A stretch of DNA of 64,000 bases from Verrucomicrobiota bacterium (GTDB taxonomy: Bacteria; Verrucomicrobiota; Verrucomicrobiia; Limisphaerales; UBA1100), in assembly GCA_028343615.1 (NCBI GenBank), contig JAOLZA010000003.1:18422-82421 (forward strand), written 5' to 3'. Below, in pieces: positions 27,816-37,000 of the stretch. A program made the position numbers and the translations under genes. Below the pieces are notes generated by a model. It had not been told where the DNA came from. It saw only the letters and a list, made by a program, of their open reading frames with translations, and searched no databases. Within the stretch, counting starts at the first letter, position 1, and each line of letters opens with the position of its first letter.

Positions 27816-28809
27816 TTCCAGCTACACGCATCGTGACGGCGAGACGCGAGGCATCAACTACCGTCGGTGGGTGATTGCCCAGGCGACGCTCACGGCGTGC
27901 CTTAAGGTAAAAGGCATGCGCTGGGTGGTATGGTCCTGTTGGATTTATGCATTCCTGCAGGGCATTTTCCTGTTCGGATTTGGTCAATTGATGGACCCGA
28001 GCAGTACTGTGTACGCTTTCATTACGGAAAACCTAGGGCTATTCAAACCCATCGCCCCGATGTTTCAAGGTTGGGCAGAGGAGAATCCGCGCATTGCCAT
28101 CGGGATGACGTATAACTTGTTTTTCTATATCTTCACTGGTGCTATCGTGTCTACGCTCACGCTTTCACTGGTGGCACTGGGTATGGCGATCCCGCGGCTC
28201 ATTACTAGTGATTTGTCCAGCCGCGCTATCACAATTTACTCCTCCAAGGCCGTGAGTCGGCTGGATTATTGCCTCGGTAAATTTGGTGGGGTGATGTTGC
28301 TGCTCACTATCACCTGGCTGGGACCAATGCTAGCCACATGGCTGATGGGAAACCTGATGGCACCCAAGATTTCTTTTTTTTGGCACACCGCACCGGCACT
28401 GTTGCATTCCTCAATGTTTGTGTTGGCGGGAATGATTTTCCTGGGATTGATGGCACTGGGGGTCTCGGCAATGACCTCCAGCCCGCGCACGGCCACGTCG
28501 ATTTGGGTGGGGGTGCTATTACTCGGAGTGGTGCTCTCAGGCATTGGCTTAAGCTCAAAAAATGAATGGCTTCAGTACCTGAGTTTTTGGTTCGACCTTG
28601 AGTTGCTCCAGCGTTGGATTTTCAATATTAGCGGCGACTTTAAAGAATTGAGCGCCGAGTACCCGGGCATCACGGAGGGGGATATATTTAAACAAATGAA
28701 ACTCCGCCTTGATATCACAGCGGATAATGTAGCAGTGGCTATTACCTGTCTAAGCCTGTTGGGCGGGGCGGCATTGTTGACACTATATAAAAAGGTGAAA
28801 CCCGAATGA
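27802..28809 (+). CDS. polytopic membrane protein, putative ABC-2-type permease
   Basis: The ATG at 27802 overlaps the ATPase stop by 14 nt. The protein has multiple hydrophobic helices. No family motif was recognised; the assignment rests on context. Confidence 0.55.
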   Translation: MALIDSSYTHRDGETRGINYRRWVIAQATLTACLKVKGMRWVVWSCWIYAFLQGIFLFGFGQLMDPSSTVYAFITENLGLFKPIAPMFQGWAEENPRIAIGMTYNLFFYIFTGAIVSTLTLSLVALGMAIPRLITSDLSSRAITIYSSKAVSRLDYCLGKFGGVMLLLTITWLGPMLATWLMGNLMAPKISFFWHTAPALLHSSMFVLAGMIFLGLMALGVSAMTSSPRTATSIWVGVLLLGVVLSGIGLSSKNEWLQYLSFWFDLELLQRWIFNISGDFKELSAEYPGITEGDIFKQMKLRLDITADNVAVAITCLSLLGGAALLTLYKKVKPE

Positions 28810-29747
28810 GCACCGCCCCGGTCATCCAAGCTACTGAGCTGAGTCGTTGGTATGGAATCGTGATGGGACTTAACAATATTAGCTTCGACATTGGTCCGGG
28901 GCTAACTGGGCTGGTCGGACCCAATGGCGCGGGCAAGAGTACGCTTATCAAAATCATCACTGGCCAGCTAAGGTCTAGTGATGGAGAACTTACAGTGTTT
29001 GGCTTACGCCCGTGGAATAATCCCGATGTGCTGCGCGAGATTGGTTTTTGCCCGGAGGATGATGCGTTGCCCGATCACCTGCGCGCTCGCACGTGGCTAC
29101 GTGGATTGGCGATGCTCTCGGGTATTGCGCCTTCCGCCGCGCCTGAACATGTGGATGCCATTCTTGATCGTGTGAAGCTCGAGCGCGTGCACTGGGAGAA
29201 GCCGCTCGGCCAGTTTTCCAAAGGTATGCGCCAGCGTGTAAAACTTGCGCAGGCACTTCTCCATCATCCCCGATTACTTGTTTTGGACGAGCCGATGAAC
29301 GGACTCGACCCCATGGGTCGGCAGGAGGTGCAGAGCATTCTTAAACAACTCGCCGCCGAGGGCACGGCAGTGCTGATTAGTAGTCATATTTTGCATGAGC
29401 TGGAGACCTTGTGTCCGGAGATTTTAATTTTAAACTGGGGCCGTGTGATCGCCAGTGGTAGCCAACTCGCACTCCAACGCCGCCTTCAAGGCGTGGAGGC
29501 GAACCTACACGTGCGCTGTAGTGACCCAGCGCGCTTCACTCGTGTGCTCTTTGAGGCCGACCTATTATTGGGCTTCGATAGCACCGACACCGCTGATGAT
29601 GAAGGCGGCCTGAATTTGCGCATAAAAAACCCGAACCGCTTTAGCGAATCGCTCGTGGATTTATTAACCGAACATGACATTGCCCTGCACGAGCTGCGTA
29701 GCCGTGACCGGTCGTTGCAGGATATTTTTGAAAAGATGACCGAATGA
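28806..29747 (+). CDS. ABC transporter ATP-binding protein (second, distinct paralog)
   Basis: Walker A GPNGAGKS, signature FSKGMRQR, Walker B LVLDEP. Its start overlaps the preceding stop (ATGA). Confidence 0.85.
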   Translation: MSTAPVIQATELSRWYGIVMGLNNISFDIGPGLTGLVGPNGAGKSTLIKIITGQLRSSDGELTVFGLRPWNNPDVLREIGFCPEDDALPDHLRARTWLRGLAMLSGIAPSAAPEHVDAILDRVKLERVHWEKPLGQFSKGMRQRVKLAQALLHHPRLLVLDEPMNGLDPMGRQEVQSILKQLAAEGTAVLISSHILHELETLCPEILILNWGRVIASGSQLALQRRLQGVEANLHVRCSDPARFTRVLFEADLLLGFDSTDTADDEGGLNLRIKNPNRFSESLVDLLTEHDIALHELRSRDRSLQDIFEKMTE

Positions 29748-30532
29748 GCCAAGACCCTTCCAAGCTACCCACGTTTTATTTCGGCAGCGCACTGCGCGGC
29801 ATGTGGGCACTCGTGTGGGCGCAACGCTGCACCACCGGCACCTTCATTCGGCTTGGGCTGGCCGGCGCGGCGGTGGCGTTTCTTATGCTGCTTACCGTTC
29901 GGTCCGGCAATGAGCAGGGGTGGCTGGGCTGGGTGGTGGGGTTTTATTTTCAATTCCTAATCCCGCTTACCTGCCTCAATGTATGTGGTTCCATGATGCG
30001 CGCCGAGGTGCAGGCTAATACACTCAGTTTCCTGTGCACGCGCCCGCTACATCGGCACACCCTGTTCCTCCTACAATATATTTGCCACGTGGGCTGGTTG
30101 CAGTTGATGTTTTTGGTATGCACGCTGGCACTCTTCACGCTGGGCGGCGTGAAACAAGTGGAAGGCTTGGGTGGATTGCTGCCGATGATGTTGTTTACGC
30201 AAATACTTGCCATCTTCGCATGGAGCGCGCTGGCTGCACTGCTCGGTTTGGTACACCAACGGTTTGTGGTGATAGGTATTCTCTATTGGCTCGTTGTGGA
30301 AATGGGCCTTGGCATGGTGGAATCGAGCAACATCAACCAGCTTTCCATCTTGCGGCACGTCCACACGTTGATGGCCCAGAATGAAATTGTGGTGAGCGTT
30401 TTTAAGTGGTCTGCGGAGGCCCCGCTGACTGCCGGCTTAGTGCTCGGCGGAGCCACCATATTTTTCCTTGCCGCCGCCTCGGCCTTATTTACCTTTCGCG
30501 AATATCTGCCCTCGCAGGAAGCCGGCCAATGA
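29744..30532 (+). CDS. polytopic membrane protein, putative second permease
   Basis: ATGA start/stop overlap with the second ATPase. The 262-aa protein has about six hydrophobic segments. Confidence 0.55.
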   Translation: MSQDPSKLPTFYFGSALRGMWALVWAQRCTTGTFIRLGLAGAAVAFLMLLTVRSGNEQGWLGWVVGFYFQFLIPLTCLNVCGSMMRAEVQANTLSFLCTRPLHRHTLFLLQYICHVGWLQLMFLVCTLALFTLGGVKQVEGLGGLLPMMLFTQILAIFAWSALAALLGLVHQRFVVIGILYWLVVEMGLGMVESSNINQLSILRHVHTLMAQNEIVVSVFKWSAEAPLTAGLVLGGATIFFLAAASALFTFREYLPSQEAGQ

Positions 30533-30867
30533 TGATTTACCACAATCCCCGGTGCTCCAAAAGCCGCCAAGTACTTGCTCTGTTGCGCGAAAATGGGGTG
30601 GAGCCGAAGGTGAGTGAATACCTCAAAACGCTACCGGACGAAGCCGCTCTGCGTGATCTGTTGAAAAAGCTTGGCCTGTGCGCACATGCGATTCTGCGTA
30701 CGAAAGAAGACGTGTATGTCAGCTGTGGCCTTTCGCCTGAATCATCTGAAGCCGAAATCCTGACTGCGATCGTTGCACATCCCATCCTCCTCGAGCGCCC
30801 CATCATCGTGAAAGGTAACCGTGCTGTCATCGGCCGGCCACCGGAGAATGTGCGCGAACTGCTGTAA
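30529..30867 (+). CDS. ArsC-family (glutaredoxin-type arsenate reductase / Spx fold) protein
   Basis: The internal ATG at 30529 overlaps the permease stop (ATGA). MMIYHNPRCSKSR..ILRTKE..HPILLERPIIV..VIGRP parallels the E. coli R773 ArsC Cys12/Arg60/Arg94/Arg107 pattern. Confidence 0.75.
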   Translation: MMIYHNPRCSKSRQVLALLRENGVEPKVSEYLKTLPDEAALRDLLKKLGLCAHAILRTKEDVYVSCGLSPESSEAEILTAIVAHPILLERPIIVKGNRAVIGRPPENVRELL

Positions 30868-30870
30868 GGG

Positions 30871-31413
30871 TTACTTAGTCGCCTTTTGCAGAGCAATGAT
30901 CACTTCGGTGATGTGCTCGTTCAAGTCCATGCCCAACAGTGCTGCGCCCTGATCTATGTCCTCACGACTGACGGCGGCGGCAAAGTTTTTCGCTTTTAAC
31001 TTTTTCCGAACGCTCTTGGCTTTCATGCCGTCCAGCCCGTTGGGACGCACATAAGCTACGGCGGTGATAAAGCCACATAATTCATCCACCGCGAAGAGCG
31101 CCTTGCGAATGGGCCGGTCCAGTGGATATTCCGTTTGATTCCATTTGGCGTGCGACAGAATTGCGCCGACGACTTCTTCGTCCACCCCACGTGCGCGCAA
31201 AATATTCGCTCCTTCCCGCGTATGCTCAGGCTCCTCAGGCCAGCGTTCATAATCGAAATCATGCAATAGGCCTGCGAGACTCCATAGGCCTGCATCGCCA
31301 TCGAGCCGCCCCGCGTAATGTCGCATCGCCGCCTCCACCGATAGTGCGTGGCCGATAAGTGATTCGGATTTTGTGTGCTCGGTAAGGAGCGAATAGGCTT
31401 CATCACGGCTCAT
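30871..31413 (-). CDS. HD-domain (HDIG-like) metal-dependent phosphohydrolase
   Basis: 180 aa with H..HD motifs (GHALSV, AGLLHDFDYE, LSHA). Confidence 0.7.
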   Translation of the reverse strand: MSRDEAYSLLTEHTKSESLIGHALSVEAAMRHYAGRLDGDAGLWSLAGLLHDFDYERWPEEPEHTREGANILRARGVDEEVVGAILSHAKWNQTEYPLDRPIRKALFAVDELCGFITAVAYVRPNGLDGMKAKSVRKKLKAKNFAAAVSREDIDQGAALLGMDLNEHITEVIIALQKATK

Positions 31414-31528
31414 GGGTCCGAGCGTCTGTGAAGCGTCGCCGTGAGGAAAGCGAAAAGAGATATGATTTCGACGATGATTTTGGCGTGGACTGCAGCCGGT
31501 AAGATTTCAAGGCACTATATCGAAACGC

Positions 31529-31565
31529 AAAAAAAAGGTGCTGAACCTGTGGGGTTTAGCACCTT
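31529..31565 (-). terminator. rho-independent terminator of the vWA gene
   Basis: On the minus strand, AAGGTGCT..AGCACCTT forms a hairpin followed by T8 (the A-run at 31529-31536 on the plus strand). Confidence 0.6.
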
Positions 31566-31586
31566 GCAATTGTAATTTGTTGCCCG

Positions 31587-32747
31587 TTATTTCTCGTAGC
31601 GGAAACCTTTTTTGGCAGCCTGTTCGCGAATGAAGCCGCCGACTTTCTCGTCAAACCCATCGCCTTTGCCGGCCTTCTTGAGTTCAGCTTTCTTGGTGAT
31701 GATGAACGTGCTGCGTTTCTTGAGCAGGCCGGTCAACTTAGTCTGCAATTTTTTACGATCTTCAATCTGCTTGGCGAAATAGGCTTCGCGTTCCTCCGCT
31801 TTCATTTTTCGGATATTTTCCGGCAATTTCTTTTCCTCAATATCAGCCAGCTTAATTTTCTTGTTGGCGAGTAGATCGATTAAATCGCCGCCACCGCTGA
31901 TGACAGCGCCAAAGTTAAGACTGCTCTCCTTGTCCTTGGAAAGATAAGCCAAGCGGTCCGCAGCCGCAGCGGCTGGTGCACTCTGGGCCAAGGTGACTTT
32001 GCTGGCGGCGAAACGTTGCGCGCTGGTATCGCCGTAAACGCAAACGGTGTGGCCCAGCTTTGCATTGCAGGCGGCAATTTCCTTGTCAAAAGGAGTGGCG
32101 ATGGCAATCACTCCGCCACTCTGCAAGATGCGGGCGAACTTGCCTTCAGCCTTGTGGGCAATCTCCTGCCAGATGGGCGTGGTCGAGGCCATGTTGCCAC
32201 ACTGGATGGTGTTCACGATGATATCCTTCTTCATGGCCAGCTTGCAGCTGTCTGTGTATTTCACATCCTGCTTGTAATCCATATGTGGGGGTGCATCTCC
32301 AACCAGAAAGATTACCTTGAGCACATCCCGACTCTTGCTCCACTTCATTTTGGTGACCCCTTCGTTGAGTGCCTGATTTACTGACTCAGGAGTATCTCCC
32401 CCACCTTGGGCCTTGAAGGCCATGAGCTTACCGTAAATATCATCGATATCATTACTCAGCGGATAGGCCTTGGTAATGTACGCATCAGTTTTATCACGAT
32501 AACCGATCAGGCCGATGCGGATTTCCGGAGTAGGTTTGGCCGAGATTATTTCATTGGCCATGCTCCATATTTTTTCCTTGGCACCGGCAATCAGTCCTCC
32601 CATTGAGCCGGTGGTATCGAGCACGAAACACACTTCGATCCTGGGTTTTTGTTTTTTGGCGGCTTTCTTGGCCTCTTTTTTATCTTCGGCAAAAGCGGGC
32701 GTCAGAACGATCGCCAGCGAGAGAATTATGAGAATTATTTTTTTCAT
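31587..32747 (-). CDS. secreted vWA-domain protein with a Lys-rich C-terminal helical tail
   Basis: Signal peptide from the ATG at 32747 (MKKIILIILSLAIVLTPAFA). A MIDAS-like VLDTTGSMGG motif is present with DAPPH downstream. The C-terminus is K/E-rich. Confidence 0.75.
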   Translation of the reverse strand: MKKIILIILSLAIVLTPAFAEDKKEAKKAAKKQKPRIEVCFVLDTTGSMGGLIAGAKEKIWSMANEIISAKPTPEIRIGLIGYRDKTDAYITKAYPLSNDIDDIYGKLMAFKAQGGGDTPESVNQALNEGVTKMKWSKSRDVLKVIFLVGDAPPHMDYKQDVKYTDSCKLAMKKDIIVNTIQCGNMASTTPIWQEIAHKAEGKFARILQSGGVIAIATPFDKEIAACNAKLGHTVCVYGDTSAQRFAASKVTLAQSAPAAAAADRLAYLSKDKESSLNFGAVISGGGDLIDLLANKKIKLADIEEKKLPENIRKMKAEEREAYFAKQIEDRKKLQTKLTGLLKKRSTFIITKKAELKKAGKGDGFDEKVGGFIREQAAKKGFRYEK

Positions 32748-32935
32748 TATGGTTTCCAATCAGATTAACGGGGATTCTATAGGTGGCACTATCAAGATAG
32801 CCAACACCTGTTTGACGGAATAAACACTAAAGCACTCCTTCTTCTGTAAAGTTCGGTTCAAGAGTCGCACGAAACTGGATCAAAAGGGAATGTCCCTTGC
32901 CCTTTTTTCTTTTCCGAGGCACACTCTCCTCATCC

Positions 32936-34453
32936 ATGAAACGTCTGGTTCCCATCCTGTTTGCCTTTCTTTTACCCTTTATTACTTCAGCCAAGGATAG
33001 GCCCAATATCCTCTGGTTGATCACCGATAACTGCAATCTGGATTTCGGCTGTTTTGGTCGGCAGGGTGTTCACACCCCGCACCTCGATCAATTGGCCGTG
33101 CAAGGTGTTCGCTACACCCGGGTTTTTGCTACTGCACCGGTTTGTGCTCCCAGCCGTTCAGCCTTCATGACGGGCATGTACCAGACTTCAGTTAACCTGC
33201 ATCATTTTCCTGACCACCGCGATGACGGCTTTAAATTGCCCGAGGGCATAAGGCCCCTCACACATCGGCTGAAGGATGCGGGTTATCTTACAGGATCCAT
33301 CAAGAAAATGGGGAAGCAGGTGGTGGGTTCAGGCAAGCTAGATCTCAATTTTGTGAATGAAGGGAAAATCTTTGAGAGCACCAAGTGGGATGAAATCAAA
33401 AAGGGTAAACCCTTCTTCCTGCAGGTGAACACCCCGGAAGCGGAGTACGATATTTACGATTTTAGAACTAATCGACCTGAGCGCATCAAGTGGTGGGGCG
33501 AGGAGGAGCACGTTCAGTATGCCAAAGCAGATTCCGTGGTGCCTCCGGCCTACTTTCCCAAGCACAAAACTTCCAATGAGGAATGGGCCCGGTACCTGAA
33601 TTCAGTTTCGAATATGGATCGCCGTGTCGGCATCGTTTTAAAGGAGCTTCAAAAAGAAAAACTTTTGGATGACACGATCATCATTGTTTTTGGCGACAAC
33701 GGTCGCGTCGACCATCGTAGCATCCACTGGGTTTACGACACCGGCCTGCACGTGCCCATGATTATCAAGTGGCCCAAGAATTTCCCTGCACCCGAGGGCT
33801 TCAAGCCCGGCACGGTCAATGAAGAGGTGATTAGCCTGCTTGATTTAACTGCCACTACCTTGTCTTTGGCCGGTGTACAGCGTCCCTTGGGCATGCAAAG
33901 CCGTGTATTCCTCGGCAAAAACCGGGATCCGCAAAGAAGGTATGCCTTCAGTGCCCGCGACCGGGTGGATGATGTGCCGTTTCGCCTGAGATCGGTTCGG
34001 GGTAAGCGCTACCACTACATTCGCAATTTCCAACCCGAGCTCAACTTTGGCACCTACGTGAATTTTTATAAGGAGAAGTGCTTCCCTGTTCAGCAAGTGA
34101 TGCGTGAACTTTATAAAAAGGGAAAACTTGATCCGCACCTCATGCCCCTCTTCACCGACTTCAGGCGTGAATACTTTTTTGATACCGAGGCTGACCCCAA
34201 TGAATTGAATAACCTCATTGACTCAATCCGCCCCGAACACGTTAAAGCCCTTACTGAAATGCGGGCGGCACTCGATACTTGGATTAGTGAAACAGGCGAT
34301 ATGGGCTGGCAAAAAGAGCCACCTGAAAAGATAGAGAAGTTCAGAGCGGTAATGTACGACTGGTTCGGTGCGCCTGAATGGCACCCTTATAAGCCCAAAC
34401 ATTCCTCATCTGCCTTGGAAAAAATAAATCAAGGGCGCATCATCGAAGACTGA
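32936..34453 (+). CDS. sulfatase (formylglycine-dependent)
   Basis: Signal peptide from the ATG at 32936. Motifs DRPNILWLITDN and the CxPxR site (APVCAPSRSAFMTGMY) are present. Confidence 0.85.
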   Translation: MKRLVPILFAFLLPFITSAKDRPNILWLITDNCNLDFGCFGRQGVHTPHLDQLAVQGVRYTRVFATAPVCAPSRSAFMTGMYQTSVNLHHFPDHRDDGFKLPEGIRPLTHRLKDAGYLTGSIKKMGKQVVGSGKLDLNFVNEGKIFESTKWDEIKKGKPFFLQVNTPEAEYDIYDFRTNRPERIKWWGEEEHVQYAKADSVVPPAYFPKHKTSNEEWARYLNSVSNMDRRVGIVLKELQKEKLLDDTIIIVFGDNGRVDHRSIHWVYDTGLHVPMIIKWPKNFPAPEGFKPGTVNEEVISLLDLTATTLSLAGVQRPLGMQSRVFLGKNRDPQRRYAFSARDRVDDVPFRLRSVRGKRYHYIRNFQPELNFGTYVNFYKEKCFPVQQVMRELYKKGKLDPHLMPLFTDFRREYFFDTEADPNELNNLIDSIRPEHVKALTEMRAALDTWISETGDMGWQKEPPEKIEKFRAVMYDWFGAPEWHPYKPKHSSSALEKINQGRIIED

Positions 34454-34493
34454 TTTTAATGGCTTGGAACACCTGATTGATTGAAGGAGAAAA

Positions 34494-35528
34494 ATGAAAA
34501 CGATATGCACATCCTTGTTTTGTATGGGTTACTTTTTGTTTTTGGGGTGCGGGAAGAATCAATCCGAACAGGATGTTTCCTCGCACATACCAGTTTTAAA
34601 GCAAAAAAAGCCTTTGCTTAAAGCGAAGGTCAAGGAGTTGCTTGAGGCTCAGAAAGAGGAATTTAATGAAATTAAAGTCAAGGCGGAGTCGGGAGATGCG
34701 GAAGCACAGTTCCAGCTGGCAAAAATGTATGGTGAGGGTCGTGGCGTTGGAAAGGGTTTCGATGAGTTCACAGTTTGGATTCGAAAATCTGCTGAACAAA
34801 AAAACCCTAAAGCTCAGTTTCAATTAGCATTGAAATTGAGAAAAGGAATTGGGGCACCGAAGTATGAGAATGAGTTGGGTGACCTAATTGAAGCATCAAA
34901 AGTTGGGCTTCGAAAGCTTGCGGAGGACGGAGATGCGGAAGCCCAAGTGTCTTTGGGGGTGATTTACACTGAAGGGTTTGGTGTAGAGCAGGATTATAGA
35001 GAGGCCCTTAAATGGATAAGTAAGGCATCTGAGAAAGGAAATCATCGAGCGCAAACCTCCCTTGGAATGATGTATGCAAGAGGCCAAGGAGTACGGCAAG
35101 ATCACGAAGAAGCGATTAAATGGTATCGCAAGGCGGCAGAACAAGGCTCTCCAATGGCTCAGTATACCTTGGGAGGGATGTATGCCAAAGGTCATGGAGC
35201 GGAGCAGAGCTTTCAGGAAGCAGCCAAATGGTGGCGCAAAGCTGCAGAGCAAAATTTACCCTTTGCGCATTATTCACTTGGAGTGATGTATCTTACCGGC
35301 CAAGGCGTGGAAAAGGATCATAAAACTGCTTATGATTATATAGCTGCTGCTGCTGAACAGGGCCTGCCGGTTGCACAATACCAGTTAGCATCAATGTATT
35401 CGAAAGGTGTTGGGGTAAAGGAAAGTGACGAAGAAGCGGTCCGCTGGCTTAATGCAGCTGCGAAGAATGGTTTTGAGCAAGCTAAAGAGCAGCTGAATAA
35501 TATCAAAAGACAAAAAGGTTCAAAGTAA
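34494..35528 (+). CDS. Sel1-repeat lipoprotein
   Basis: Lipobox FLFLGCGKN. It carries about seven Sel1-like repeats (A..W..KAAEQG...AQ..LG.MY..G.GV..D). The DNA is noticeably AT-rich. Confidence 0.8.
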   Translation: MKTICTSLFCMGYFLFLGCGKNQSEQDVSSHIPVLKQKKPLLKAKVKELLEAQKEEFNEIKVKAESGDAEAQFQLAKMYGEGRGVGKGFDEFTVWIRKSAEQKNPKAQFQLALKLRKGIGAPKYENELGDLIEASKVGLRKLAEDGDAEAQVSLGVIYTEGFGVEQDYREALKWISKASEKGNHRAQTSLGMMYARGQGVRQDHEEAIKWYRKAAEQGSPMAQYTLGGMYAKGHGAEQSFQEAAKWWRKAAEQNLPFAHYSLGVMYLTGQGVEKDHKTAYDYIAAAAEQGLPVAQYQLASMYSKGVGVKESDEEAVRWLNAAAKNGFEQAKEQLNNIKRQKGSK

Positions 35529-35531
35529 ATC

Positions 35532-36980
35532 ATGAAACCTCTTTTAACTTTTTTAGCGTTTATCGCTCTTTCAATCCAAGCAGCGGATAAACCCAATTTC
35601 ATTCTCTTTATTACGGATGATATTTCGTGGGATGACCTTGGCTGTTACGGCAGTAAGGTGGCCAAGACACCACACCTTGATCAAATGGCCAAAGAGGGGA
35701 TGCTCTTTAACAATGCTTACCTGAGCATCAGCAGTTGCTCGCCGAGCCGGTGTAGCCTGATCTCCGGTCGTTACCCGCACAATACCGGCGCAGCCGAGCT
35801 CCACACCACTTTGCCCGCTGATCAACCTGTTTTCCCTGAAGCCCTGCAGGCAGCCGGTTATTATACCGTTCTCTCTGGCAAACATCACATGGGTAAAGCC
35901 GTGGATCGTGGTTTTAATAAGGTCTCAGGCGGCAAGGGTCCAGGCAAGGAGGAGGATTGGGTGCCTATTCTCAAGGATCGTCCTAAAGATAAACCATTCT
36001 TTTTCTGGTTCGCTTCAAGCGATGCCCACCGGAGCTGGAAAATCAATGAGGATGCGCCCATCTATAAGCCTGAGGACATAGAAGTGCCACCCTATCTTTA
36101 TGATGGTCCGGTGACCCGTAAGGACCTCGCTGATTACATGCACGAAGTGAGCCGCACCGATTATTATACGGGGCAACTGCGCAAGGAATTGAAGAAGCAG
36201 GGCATTGAGAAAGATACCTACATTATTTATATGGCCGATAACGGCCGGCCATTCCCGCGTTGTAAGACCCGCCTCTATGATAGCGGCATTCGCACCCCCT
36301 TCCTCATCGCGCGCCCCGGTACCATTAAGCCTGCAGTGACTGATTCCTTGATCAGCAGCATTGATATTAGTGCAACGATTTTAGAACTGGCCGGTGCCAA
36401 GAAAGATAAGCGCGTTCAGGGAGTCAGCTTTGCCTCCGTCCTGGAAGATCCCAAGACCAAGACGCGTGATTATGTTTTTGCTGAACACAACTGGCACGTT
36501 TATCAGGCACACGAACGCATGGTTCGCTTCGGGAACTTTCTCTATATCCGGAACAATTTCCCCAAACAGCCCAACCTTTGCTACGAATCGGATGACCACT
36601 ACCCTGCGGGATCCGAGCTTTGGAAGGCCCATGCCGCAGGCAAAACCAACCCTAACCAGCATCAGATATTCGCCAACCCCTGTCCTCCTGAGGAACTCTT
36701 CCAAGTCAACGAAGACCCGCATCAACTGAGCAACTTGGCAGACGATTCCAAGCATGCGAAGACCCTCAAGCAGGCACGAGCCCTACTCACCGAATGGACC
36801 AAGCAGACGGGAGATTCCATCCCCGCCAATCCGACTCCCAACCGGCACGATCCGCCACGCATCGAGGACGGGAAGATTCTGCCTCTCGGAAAGGCAAAAA
36901 AAAGAAACCCTCACGCCGAGATGCCGGGAGCTTCCAACAACGCCACGAAGATCAATCACCCCGGGCCCATCAAGGAATAG
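35532..36980 (+). CDS. sulfatase (formylglycine-dependent)
   Basis: Signal peptide, DKPNFILFITDD and the CxPxR site (SSCSPSRCSLISGRY). There is a 3-nt gap after the Sel1 gene. Confidence 0.85.
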   Translation: MKPLLTFLAFIALSIQAADKPNFILFITDDISWDDLGCYGSKVAKTPHLDQMAKEGMLFNNAYLSISSCSPSRCSLISGRYPHNTGAAELHTTLPADQPVFPEALQAAGYYTVLSGKHHMGKAVDRGFNKVSGGKGPGKEEDWVPILKDRPKDKPFFFWFASSDAHRSWKINEDAPIYKPEDIEVPPYLYDGPVTRKDLADYMHEVSRTDYYTGQLRKELKKQGIEKDTYIIYMADNGRPFPRCKTRLYDSGIRTPFLIARPGTIKPAVTDSLISSIDISATILELAGAKKDKRVQGVSFASVLEDPKTKTRDYVFAEHNWHVYQAHERMVRFGNFLYIRNNFPKQPNLCYESDDHYPAGSELWKAHAAGKTNPNQHQIFANPCPPEELFQVNEDPHQLSNLADDSKHAKTLKQARALLTEWTKQTGDSIPANPTPNRHDPPRIEDGKILPLGKAKKRNPHAEMPGASNNATKINHPGPIKE

Positions 36981-37000
36981 TTTAGTAATCTAATTCAAAA

